A stretch of 64,000 nt of DNA from Chiloscyllium plagiosum. Taxonomy: Eukaryota. Below are positions 1-13,211 of this stretch, in pieces. A model generated the notes under the pieces. That model had not been told where the DNA came from. It did no database searches and worked only from the letters and a program-made list of their open reading frames with translations. Location: NCBI RefSeq assembly GCF_004010195.1, contig NC_057719.1, forward strand, positions 77,193,339 to 77,257,338. Reading direction: 5' to 3'. A program made the position numbers and the translations under genes. The stretch's first letter is position 1; each line of letters starts with the position of its first letter.

Positions 1-195
1 GGAGGCCACATCGGGTGCAGAGGATGCAATAGATGATGTGTGTGGAGGTGCAGGTGAACTTTCCTCATTCCTGAAGAAGGGCTTATGCCCGAAACGTCGA
101 TTCTCCTGTTCCCTGGATGCTGCCTGACCTGCTGCGCTTTTCCAGCAACACATTTCCAGCTCTGATCTCCAGCATCTGCAGACCTCACTTTCTCC
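1..195. mobile_element. Penelope-like element end: GIY-YIG fragment (- strand, 1-60) joined to an inverted pseudo-LTR with a hammerhead core (+, 71-98)
   Basis: Minus 1-60 translates FTCTSTHIIYCILCTRCGL, typical of the Penelope GIY-YIG N-terminus; + strand CTGAAGA-A-GGGC-TTAT-GCCC-GAAACGTC. Confidence 0.85.
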
Positions 196-695
196 CCATT
201 GTGTTACATATTGAATTGGTTGATCCGAATACTAATTACACCATTCTGTTAGCCGGATTACGTGACAAATAGAGAAATTAGAAAGCCAGTTTATTTTCTT
301 GATGTTCTTACCACGGATATTCATGTCATTCTGCATGGTAAGATAAGGGATGCTTCCATGGAATTTGCAAAAGACGGGTGACAGGTCTTTATAGTCACAA
401 GTCCAAATGTTAACTGGGAGGAGCAGGTTCAAAGCTTTCTTTTTATATAGAACATATGTGAGTAGGTAAATGAACAGTGTGTGAATAAACAATATATGAA
501 CCCTGCAAATGGTATTCATGTCCGCATCTGCTTTTTTCAAAACAAAGCCTTTTAGTAATTTTGTGAGGGAGTCTGCATGTTCCAGGAGGACGTGGGTTAA
601 TAGTAATAGGACTTCCTGTTGTGAGACTGAAGGGTAAATCTTATTTTAGTTTTGTCTGATTTTAATGATTCATGATGGTTAAAAAGCTGCATGCT

Positions 696-975
696 ATTGA
701 GGCTCTTGTGGTGCAGTGGTACTACCCCTATCTCTGAGCCTGGAGGCCCTGGGCGCAAGGCCCACCTACTCGAGAAATGTGTCATAACACCTCTGAACAG
801 GTAGGTTAGAAAATAGCTTAATTTTTAAAAAACCTGCATACAAGGGTTCTTGTGGTGCAGTGGTAATGTCCTAACTCTGAGCCAGGAGACCCAGATTCAC
901 ATCACAGCTGCTCCAAAGATGTGTCAAAGTATCTCTGAAAAAGTTGGTTAGAAAATAGATATGTCAAAAAAAAAT
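696..975 (+). mobile_element. Two tandem short tRNA-like SINE copies
   Basis: 'ctcttgtggtgcagtggt...ctctgagcc.ggag...ggttagaaaatag' repeated at about 701-817 and 845-958. Confidence 0.65.
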
Positions 976-1009
976 CAAAAAAGCTGCATGCTGAGTGAAA
1001 CAATCATGA

Positions 1010-1261
<252 letters not shown>

Positions 1262-1489
1262 TAAGACTCCATCTGAATGCAATTGATTGATATTTTAACT
1301 ACTGTAGTTTTAAAGCACAGGCATCAGACAGTAGCTGTTCTGTTCAATATTTGATAAGCTTTATCAGCCAGCAAGGTTATATCATTTATTAACTATTCCT
1401 TAGCTAGGTTACATATTTTGAAATTGGGAGTCAAAGACACTAATGTGAACAACTAAATGGATTTCAAGTACTAAAAAAGCTTAGAAAGA

Positions 1490-2600
1490 GGTGGCAGAGA
1501 CACAGTTACAATATGGCAATTCATTACAAGAGAATATAGAGCCAAAGGACTGGCTGACTGCTGACGTTATTCTTATATTTAAAACCGGAGATAGAAAAAA
1601 TGCAAGAAACTGCAAAAGAGTTAGCTTAAAGTTAATGGTAGGAAAGAAAATGGAATATTTAATCAAAGCTATAATCGAAAAACATTTAGAAAATGAAACT
1701 GTAATTCTGAGTAGTCAGCACATATTTTTAAGATATGGCCACGCTTGATTAAACTTAATGAATTCTTTAAAGAGGTAACAGAACACATTGACAGGATAAT
1801 GTAGTAATCAAATATTGAAGAATTTTTGAAAATAGAAATAAGATAATGCATGTTTGAATTAGAATTGAGTTTAAATGATGTAACAGGAGACAAATAAAAC
1901 CAAACTGAGTCAAAGCCATGAGTAGAAACCCAGATATGAAAATTATGGGCAGAATTTCTCTACATGGATTGGCACTGAAACCACTGTTCTTGGTAATTTA
2001 TATTAATGATTTAGCTTCTTGAATAAGAAATGCAATTTCAAAATCAGTGGATAAGGAATAGAAGTAGACCATTTGACCTTCCAACACTATTTGACAACTC
2101 ATTAAGATCTCGGTTGATCTGATAGAGGCCTTAACTCATATTTCTGACTCCCTTGGAAATCAGAAATCTATCTCTTTCAGCATTGAATATAATCGATAGT
2201 CGAGTCTTCACTGTTCTTAGCAGAAGATTCCAAAGATTCAAGGCTGTGTGTGAAAAGAAATACCATCACGTCTCTCTTGAGAAAAAAACATTATTTTGAC
2301 CCTAAGTCCCCCTAATTCTAGATACCCAGTACTGTAAAAGGAAACATTGCTTCATCATCTTCCCTGTCAGGCTCCCTTAGAATTTTATATGCTTCAGTAA
2401 GATCACTTCTCATTCGTGTAAACTCCAGTGTGTACAGGTCCAACTTGTTCAGACTTTCCTAATAAGATAACACCTTCATCCCATGAGATAATTTAGTGAA
2501 CCTTCTTAGAAATTCTTCCTATTCGAAAATATCCTTCCTTACATGAGGGGATCAAAACTGTACATGGTACTCTGAATGTGATCTCACCAATGTCTTGTAC
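1490..2600. mobile_element. Decayed CR1-type LINE fragments (+ about 1490-2050; - about 2055-2600)
   Basis: ORF 1491-1748 PKDWLTADVILIFKTGDRKNARNCKRVSL resembles the CR1 RT 'P.DW..ANV.P.FKKG....P.NYRPVSL' motif; boundaries approximate. Confidence 0.65.
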
Positions 2601-4201
2601 AGAAGACACAAAGAAGATTATTTTTTAGGGGAGCTAAATTTTAATTAGTCTAATCAATATAGTAACAATGGCGGTCAATTTGATGTCACACACTCTGCTT
2701 TGGAAAACCCTGTAGCTTTGTACCAAAATAGTTTTTGCTGTCCCTTTATTCAGAGGATTGTGGTAGCTGGATTTTACTTAGCCTAATCAATTCAGAAGGT
2801 CATTGTGAATCACATTCCACATCAGAAAGTTCCACTAGGGCTCCACAAAAAAAAAATCTCTCTCACTCCCACATGCTGCACTTGACCCATTGCACTTACA
2901 CACCCTGCACATACATGCATGCGCACTATAGCACAAATCCTTCGGAAACTCTACTGCTTATAGTTTGTCAATTTTAAAAGTACCAATTTATCTCAACTTT
3001 GGTTGTTGGCCAATCTTATATCCATGCTAATATGTTACACCCAGAACCATGAATTCTTACCTTGTGTAGGACCCTTTTATATTGGAATAAAAGTACACTA
3101 GTTCACCCATTTTGTTGTAACCTCAACTCCTAATATATTGTTCAAACTCAATTTCCCCTTTATAAAACAAAATGACATTAAGTGTTGCCATTAGAACAGA
3201 ATAACACAAAAAAGACAAGGGATTATTGATAAATTTGCAGAATAGGCTTGGAATTGGTAAATGAGTTGTTACTAGTTTATTTTGGTAGAAATACTGAGGA
3301 CTCTGCTTGGATAATGCGAATGTGAATGGGATAGGTACACAAATTCCCAACAATAGAAATAGATTAATAAGGCCATAATAAAATTGAGAAAGGCAGTGTA
3401 AGGTTAAACTTAAACAGAAAGAAAATTAGGAAATTATGCCCCCTTGAATATGTGTACAATTAGTTCCTTCCTATCATAGGTTCATCTTGGACAGAGGGAC
3501 TTTGCTCTAAAGGAAGGCTCAGTTTCTCAGCAATGCTGTTGTCAGCTGGTGCAGTGCTTGCGCATGCAAAGAGATGCAGGTTTGCAATGCCGTGTTACTG
3601 CAAAGAGATGGAACAAGAGGTGCCAGAAAAAAAGGCAGCTCTGCCTGTATAATCATAGTGTAGGTTGGTTCTATTTGGACTAATACTGGAGTTGTGATTC
3701 AGGGTAGAGTTATTTAGCCTGCAGAAAGTAAGGAGGACAGAAACAACAATGACTTCAATTCAACTACAATTCTCTGAGCAAAACTAGCTGTAGCTGCGTT
3801 TTAGGGAAATTTTGATTTTTTTTCAAAGCTACCTCAGTCTCTTCCTATTACTGGGTCAACAGTGCTTTGTTGCTAAGTGAATGTATTTCATTGAGACGAC
3901 CATCTTCCCCAAGAAAACGCTGTTTACCTTTAGAGCTGAGACAAATAATTTAACATGAGGAAGAATTGAGACCATGTTATGTTGAATGTAATAATGTGGA
4001 GGTGCCCATGTTGGGCTGTGGTGGACAAAGTTAAATATCTCAACACCAGGTTATGATCCAACAGGTTTATTTAGAAATACAAACCTGATTTGTGTGGTTT
4101 TTAACTGTATTGAATGTTGATATTTTAGTGCATTGCAATTGCAATCTTAAAATTGTGGATTTATTGATGCTGAACCATTTTGTAGTTTAATTTGAATATG
4201 A

Positions 4202-4474
<273 letters not shown>

Positions 4475-4759
4475 TGATGGCATCCTTTAACTATTTATTT
4501 GGAACGGTTTCTGATTTTGCCTCCTTGTGCAAGTCTAGAGATGAATGATGCCTATCTTGATTTGCTGAGCCACCTTACACTGGCCCGTTCAGTTTGGGAT
4601 GAATTTAACTTATTAAACCTTGTTTTGTCTACTTTCAAGCTGTTGGTGAATGAAAATATTTCTTATAGAATCGATAGGAAAGAAGCAAAAAAATTAGCCT
4701 GACTTAGTTTGTTAATCTATTTTAAACTAACACATTCTGATTGGGATGAATTTAATCCA

Positions 4760-4966
4760 GGAGAAAGTGAGGACTGCAGATGCTGGAGATCAGAGCTGAA
4801 AATGTGTTGCTGGAAAAGCGCAGCAGTTCAGGCAGCATCCAAGGAGCAGGAGAATCGACGTTTCGGGCATGAGCCCTTCTTCAGGCTCATGCCCGAAACG
4901 TCGATTCTCCTGCTCCTTGGATGCTGCCTGACCTGCTGCGCTTTTCCAGCAACACATTTTCAGCTG
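4760..4966. mobile_element. Penelope-derived fold-back insertion, family A
   Basis: Inverted arms; TSD TGAATTTAATCCA at 4747-4759 and 4967-4979; intact hammerhead core on - strand at 4857-4884. Confidence 0.85.
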
Positions 4967-5559
4967 TGAATTTAATCCAATAAATCTTGATTTACCTAGA
5001 TTCGAGCTGTCGATTGAATGAAGAAAATATTTCTCACTGAATCAACAGGAAAGCAGCCAGACAATGAGTCAGGCAGTAAGCACTATCTATTGGTTGCAAA
5101 TCACAGAGGGTGCTGTGTATTGAACATCCCAGTGACATGACTCTGAGGTCATAAATTGATGAGATTATTAGGAATGTAAAGCACACAAACAGTCCATTTG
5201 GCTGAGCTAGTCTACACTGGTGTTATACTCCATACAAATCTCCTCCCTTTCCATGTGCCTCACCTCAATCTCTCAAATCCTTCTATACTTTTTTCTCCTA
5301 TCTATTCTCATGATTTTCCTTTTATGAAAATATTCATGCTGTTGCTAAGACCTGAGCAAATTAATTCCTGTGGATTTTGATTATCCCACAATGTGGAAAT
5401 ATCCTTCCACATCTCTCATAACTTTAACGATCTCTATCAGGAGATAATTTATAAGATAAATTATCTAAAATGATGTTCTTAAAGTTAACAGCTTTGAACA
5501 GCCACTTAGTCAAATAACTAAAGTCTAACTAAAGTCTATTTGAGTGACAGGCTTTTAAC

Positions 5560-7255
5560 ATAGGAACATAGAAAATAGGAGCAGGTAAAGGCCATTTGGT
5601 CACTCCTTGCTGATCATTCAATTAAGTATCCTGTTTCAGTTTTCTTTCCATACTCTTTGATCCCTTCAGCCCTAAAAACTATATCTAACTCCTTGAAAAC
5701 ATTCAATGTTTTGGTCCTAACTGCTTTCTGTAACAGGGAATTCTGCAGGCTCATCTCCATATCTCACTCCTAAATGTCTTATCCTGTATCCTTAAACTGG
5801 ACCCCTGGTTCTGGACTCACTGGTAATCGAGAACATCATCCTTCCTGTGTTTACCTTGCCTAGTGCTGACAGTATTTCAAATGCTTATGTGAGATCTCCC
5901 ACATTCTTCTAAACTCCAATAAATATGTTCCCAACCATTCCAGTCTCCCTTCATATGTCATATGCCATGCAGTTTGGTAAAACTTTCTCGCAATCCCTCC
6001 ATAACCAGAACATCCTTCTTCACACAAGTCGTCCAAACTGCACACAGTATTCAAATCTCATCAAGACCCTGTACTATGTGCCTATTCTCAAATTTCTGCT
6101 ATGAAGGCCAAAGCATCAATTGCCTTCTTCACTGCCTGCTGCATCTGCATGCTTACTTTCAGCACTCATTGCACCTCCCCACTTCCCAATCTAATGATAA
6201 TCTGCCTTCCTGCTCTTGCTAACTAAGTGGATAACCTCATATTTATCCACATTATACTGCACTTGCCATGCATTTGCTCAATCACTCTTATTGTTCAAAT
6301 CACACTACAGCATCTCTGTATCCTCCTCACAGTCCCTACCCAGCTTTGTCATCTGCACATCTGCAGACATTACATTTAATTCCCTTATTTAAATCATGAC
6401 TATATACATTGCGAAAAGCTGGGGTGCTAGCACTGATCCCATATTACTCCACGAGTTACTGCCTGCCATTCTGAAAACGACCCGTTTATTTCTACTCTTG
6501 TTTGCCAACTAGTTTTCTATCCATCTCCATATACTACCCTTAATCCCATGCACTATAAGTTTACATGCAAATCTCCTCAGCAGGATTTTGTTGAAAGTCT
6601 TTGGAAAGTCCAAATAAACCACATTCACTGGCTGCCTCACATCAACTACTTACTTCCTCAAAGAATTTCAGTAGATTTGTCAATCATGATTTCGCTTTCA
6701 TAAATCCATGCTGACTGTCTGACCCTATCACAGTTTTCTACATGCTCTGCTGTTAATTCTTTTATAATCGACTCCAGCAATTTACCCACAACTGATGTCA
6801 GGTCAATCAACCTAAAGTTCCTGAAACACTTTTTTTTCCCCTAAGTAGTGGATTTATACATTAGCTCCCTTTCATCTTTGGAACAGTTCCTATAGATTGT
6901 GAGATGACCACCAATGCATCCACTATTTCTGGGCCCCCTTCCTTAATTACTCCGGGATGTAAATTATTGGGCCCTGGAGATTTATTAGCCTTTAATCCCA
7001 CAAATGTCCTCAGCACCATTTCCCAATTAATACTGATTTCCTTCAGTTCTCCCCCTCACTAGATCCTGCATTTCCTAACATTTTGCAATGTTATTTGCAT
7101 CCTGCTTTATGAAGACAGAAATAAAATATTTATTTAAGGTAGTCTGCCATTTGTAGTTCTCCTTTATAACTTGCCTTGTTTCTCATGGTAAGGGACCTAC
7201 ATCTTTCTTGAGTAATTGTTTTTCACTTTACATACCTATAGAAGATTTTACAATC
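5560..7255 (-). mobile_element. Decayed CR1-type LINE, 3' part
   Basis: Typical 3' tail (catagaaaataggagcagg...ggccatt) and RT remnants; boundaries approximate. Confidence 0.65.
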
Positions 7256-8063
7256 TAATGTCCTTCAGGGAAGCAAATCTGCCATTCTTAATGTGATTCC
7301 AGACCCACAGCAATATGGTTGACTCTCAGTTGCCCTCAGAAATGGCCTAGCAAGCCAGAGTTCAAGAAGAACGAGAAACTGCAATAAATCCTGGCCCAGC
7401 TAGTGATCCCCTTGTCCCATGAGCGAATGAAGAAAATCGGTTTGTACATTCTCCGTGAGTTGACTTGCATAATCCTTTCCCTTCCTGATCTTGATCAATC
7501 CCTTTGTCCTCTTTTATTGAAATTTAAACTACTCCCAATCCTCGGGTCTCCTGCTTTTTTCGGAAAATTTCTATGCCCCTTGGATGTAATACTGTCCCGA
7601 ATTTCCATTGTTAGCAGACTATTTAGTTGTAGACAGCCTCAAACAACAAGTGTTATTGCAGCTTTACCCATTCAGTTAGGTATCTTCCACCAGTCCTGAC
7701 TTGTGCCTTGTGGATAGTGGACAGTCTTCCCATGACTCTCTTATATCCTTTAGATGCCCTACTATTTATGTGGCTGGACCCCAAATTTCTGATTAGTGAT
7801 GATTTTAAGATCTTGATATCAGCAGATTTGGCAATAGCAATATTGTTAGTAGATGCCTGGGTTCTCCAATTAGCAATGGTCATTATTTGACACTTCCATG
7901 GCAATTAACATTTGTGCCATTTATCAGTCCATGTCTGGATATTTATCAGATGATACAGCATTCATTATCTGAGGAATTACATAATCTGACATACTTCATC
8001 AGCAGGCAGCCCACCCCTGTCTCCTACCTCTTAATCAGTTGCCTATTTGTACATATCCTTGAT

Positions 8064-8697
8064 GTGGAGGTGTCAGTGTTGGATGGGGTAGACATAGTTT
8101 AAAAATCTCACAACACCAAGTTATAGTCCAATAGGTTTATTTGAAAGTACAAGCTTTCTAGCTGCTCCTTCGACAGGTAGCTAGAGGGGCAGGATCATAG
8201 GATGAAGAATTTATAGTAAAAGATAAAAGCATTATACAACTAATGCAATGTATTGAATAAACCTTAAGTTATCTCGGGACTGTGACTTGAAAGAAGTTCT
8301 GTGATTTACATATTAATCAATTGAAACCTGCATCCCCATGCTGAGTGATTAAAGACTTAACAGCAATCTAGGTTTGTTCAATACATCGCATCAGTTGTAT
8401 GACATTTTGACCTTTTGAGAATACTTGTAGCTCAGGTTGAGGTTCTGGATGTAGGTTTGCTTGCAGTGCTGGGAGGTTCATTTTCAGGCTTCGTCTGGAT
8501 GCTCACTGAAGATGTTGCCTAGTATGGTGACAAAACATCTAAAAATGAACCTTCTAGCTCAGCGAGCAAACCTACATCCACATTTTGATCTTTTATTATA
8601 AATTCTGTGTCCTACGATGCTGCCCCACTTGACGAAGGTGCAGCACTCCGAAAGCTTGTTGTTGGACTATAGCCGGTTTTTGTGTGATTTTTAACGT
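8064..8697. mobile_element. Older family B fold-back containing a nested family C fold-back (8417-8579)
   Basis: Family B ends on both sides in inverted orientation; nested insert flanked by ACATTTTGA(C/T)CTTTT at 8402-8416 and 8580-8594. Confidence 0.75.
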
Positions 8698-10625
8698 TAC
8701 ACATATCCCTGTACTGTTGGTATGAAAGTGAGATTTTTTTCAGGTACTTAACCGCTACAAAAAGATAATCTTGTAGTTCACTATATATTGACATTTCAGC
8801 GTAGTGTAATGAGAACAGAAGGTAACCAAATTGTCAGCTACTGTCAGTCTATTCACAATTTAAAGTTGGCGACAGGTGAAGGCCTCCTATAAAAAAGAAC
8901 AATTAGTTTGGTTGTTTTTGTAAATCAGTGCATACTTAAGATTGAGAGAATCTGTCTGATCTTCAGATTGACCTTAAACTGATAGACACCTTAATCATTC
9001 GAACTTAAGGGTGCAGAAGGAAAACATTTCTGTAAAATCTATGCATAACCATTCATTTAATACTGAAGACATTTTGCAGGGCTTGAGTTACCTTGTTCCA
9101 AACAATCCATGATTTACGCAGCAGTTGTTCTGCTTTACTGCACACGGTTCTCTGCAGAAGTGTTGTGGAGTAGCTGGAACAAATGCAGCTGTCTGCAGTA
9201 TAACATGGAAGATATTCTATAAAAAGGATATTTGTACATTTAAATTTATTTTACTTCCATTGGGTCCTAGCAATGAACCTATTTCAGTAATCGCTTTTTA
9301 AGTGAATGGACAATATTTTATCCACGTAATGCTGTCCTCAATCAAGCTGTCCTAATGATCTATGTTGCAACATTTTACGGTGTACCTAAGTTCCATTTAC
9401 TATTTGGAGAAGTTGCAGTTATCTGAATTTAAAATTCCAATGTTGTGGCTTAGATGGAAACCATTACAAGCATTAATTAATATGCTACGTTTGATTAAAT
9501 GTTTTAAAGCATATTTAAATAGTAGACACAGTGCTGAGATCTGCAATTTACTGCAATGCTTTACTCATTGAAGCATTAACTGCCTCACTACTCAAAAGCC
9601 TTCAAATATATAATTGGTTGCCATAAATTGTCTGAAAATGTAAAGCCTAGTAATACCTGAAGCAGAAGTTAACAATCTAGTTGACCCTTTCAGGCTTCTC
9701 ATGAGGTTCCCTCATTATAATTTTGGAATAATAGCACTGAATCCTGCTTATTAACAAAATAAATCATTTGTCCTTTATGATACAGTTCATTGATTTCTGC
9801 TATTATTGGAGTCATTACTGTTTTATGGGATTTTAACACTGATGCTAAGAATGCTAGAAACACTATTTGCAATGACGTTAATTGGGGAAGTTGCTCCACA
9901 TATAATAAACCACCAGAATAATAATTGCAATAAATGACTTTTATGTATAAGAAATTTCCATGAATTTTAAAAATATTTTTAAGCATTTGGGATGATTACA
10001 TATTGTCCATTGAAGAGAAAATTTTAAGAAGTAAACCATGACTCAAAATGCGCAGTGCTTTTTGAGGGATTTACTCCTTGCATCCCAGAATGATACTATG
10101 GATTGGAATGGAGGCTTCTGCAGAATATCCAATTTTTAACATATGCTTACAGGAGTAGGTATATCGAGAATCAGTCCCAGGCTGATCTGAACTCAATTCC
10201 TATGGCAGTCAATTGAACTATTATTGGCAGATAAAGCACTACACTGTCTGTTAGTGGTCCAGTGAGTCAATAAGGAGAAACTTCTTCAGCCATAGCATGG
10301 TGAATCTATGGAATTCATTGCCACAGAAAGCTGTGGACGCCAGGTCATTGAAGATGAGATAGATAGTTACTTGATTGTCAAGGAGATCAAGGGTTATGGG
10401 GAGAAAGTGGGAGAATGGGGTTGGGAAACTTATCAGCCATGATTGAATGGAGGAGACTCGATGGGCTGAATGGCCTAATTTCTATTCCTATGTCTTATGG
10501 GTCAACATTGAGAGAAGTTAAAAACATCTTAAACGCTAAGATTGGTATTGTTTGAATTGTCAATGGAAGACATATAATAGCCTCCCTGAATTTCACTGCC
10601 TTTTAATTTCTAAGGCCGTTATTAA

Positions 10626-11015
<390 letters not shown>

Positions 11016-13211
11016 TAGCACTTGACGGAATGTGCTTTTTGAATTTTTTTTCACTTTCAGTTTCACACCATAGAATGTAGCATTTACATAGGTTCACTAT
11101 TAGATCTTACTGGAAGCCAGTAACTCATTAGGTTCACAGATGCACTTCAACAACTTATAGTCATCAGTTTGCAAATGCTCATCCTTTATGAAAATTAATA
11201 TTCCTATGGAAACAAGGTGGGGGCTATGATTGTGCTGTCTTTCATTGGATATATCTGTAAGAAAACCTGAATAAAGCAATGAAGAGTCATTGTCAGTAAC
11301 CAATAAATCAACAGTCCCCAATATCAGAAATCCAGTGCCTCTTGGTCAGCAACCAGTGCCTCTAAACTTAAGACTCAGCATGATCCTGGAATTACTTCTC
11401 ATTTACCAAACTGGCCCTAGTAGATGCAGCTCAGACTTCGCCCTCAAAATTTGTATGCTTTTCCACCCCTGTTTACTCTTCCTCCTGTAATTTCTCTGCA
11501 TCAAATCTGGACCCTTGCAATTTCCCTTGCTCAAAATGAAGGAATCTGGCTCTGTGTTCATGTTTAACTGGCAGCTTGTGATGGATTAATAGGTGCATGA
11601 GTTTCATTATATTGGAAAAAAATGATGCCTTTGTCCCCTTTGTTTCAAATCTTGCAGTCAATGGCCTTAGTTCTCAGTTGCATTGTACACTTCAACATTT
11701 CCTTTGGGAAAGCAAGCTATATGTATAATTTTATAGTATTCATATTTGTGATATCCAGTGTTTCTCTTGCTTATCAACTGCACTGTTGGGGGAGGTATAC
11801 AGTGCACCATATCTCATTTGAACAAACAGACATTTTAAAAAGCATGCATGCACGAAGTGGAGACATTATACCATACTGTAGACAAGTTGAATGCATGTGT
11901 AATAACATCGAGTCATTGACAAACAATGGAAGTATGTTGCTTTTGAATGGCTGGTTTACTGGTCTCATGACAACCTGGTAGAAAAGCCTGGATCTTGCTG
12001 TCAGCCAAACTAGTAAATGCATGGATGAAATTTGAGTTACTGAACATGGCAACTGAAGGTCAAATTAAATCAGCATTGCTCTCAGTTTTGTATATTTCAT
12101 ATTTTCTCCAACCAGCCAACATCTCTGCACTGCTGAATTGGAGCCTGTTGCACACCCTCAATTTTAATTATTCTTCCATTGATGATTATAGCTTCTGCTA
12201 CAAAGGCTCAAAGCTGTGGCATCCCTCCCTAAACACTTCAGGTTCTCTTCATCCCTTCTCTCTTCCTTTAAGACATTCACTTAAAATCTATTTCTTAGAC
12301 CAAGCTATTGTTCTTATGCACTAACATTTCCTTGTGGGGTTTGGCATCAAGTTTTAACAAGCTCCATTGAAGTAGCAAGGAACAGTTTTCTACCATAAAG
12401 GTGCGTTATTAATGCAAGTTGTCACTGTAACGGCTGTAGTTGGTTTTGATGGCCAACTGTTCAGCAATGTCACATTTGTAAATCGGCTAATACCTGTGCA
12501 TTAGTAAAGGTATCTGCAAACCTTCTTATTGGAATCAAAGGAGTCAGTGTTTGTTATTCCACTCATGCAGTTAATTTGGTAAATGTGCATTTGACAAATG
12601 AAGAAGCCAGAGTCCTTCTGTCTTCCAGGTTTGTTTATTCATGATAACCAGTACAGCACAAGTGTGGACTTTGTTTTCCTTCCTCAACACTGTGGTTGAA
12701 ATTATCCTTGTGTTAAAATAGAAAATTAATCAACCTGTTAGGATCTGTTATGACACACCTCGCTTGCAAGTGGGACTTGAACCCGGACCTTTTAGTCCAC
12801 TGCAAATAACAAGATCATTTTAGATTATGTCAAGGGCTGTCACTCTCACCTCACCTCTGGAATTCAGCCCTTTTGATCATGTTTGATCTAATGCTATAAT
12901 AAGGCCAGGAGCTGAGTGGTCCTGGCAAAACCAAACTGGACGTCACTGAGCAGGTGCTCCTCTATAGCACTATTGATGATGCATTCCATCGCTTTACTGA
13001 CGATCAAGAGTAGATTGATGGGCTGTAATTGGCTAGGTTGGATTTGTCCTGATTTCTGTTTACATACTTAGACAATTTTCCACATTGTCGGATCAATGCC
13101 AGTGTTGTAACTGCACTGGAACACCTTGGCTAGGGGAAGGGCATGTTGTGGAGCACAAGTTTTGCTGGAATTTTGTCATGGCCCAAAGCTTTTACAGTAT
13201 CCAGCACCTCC

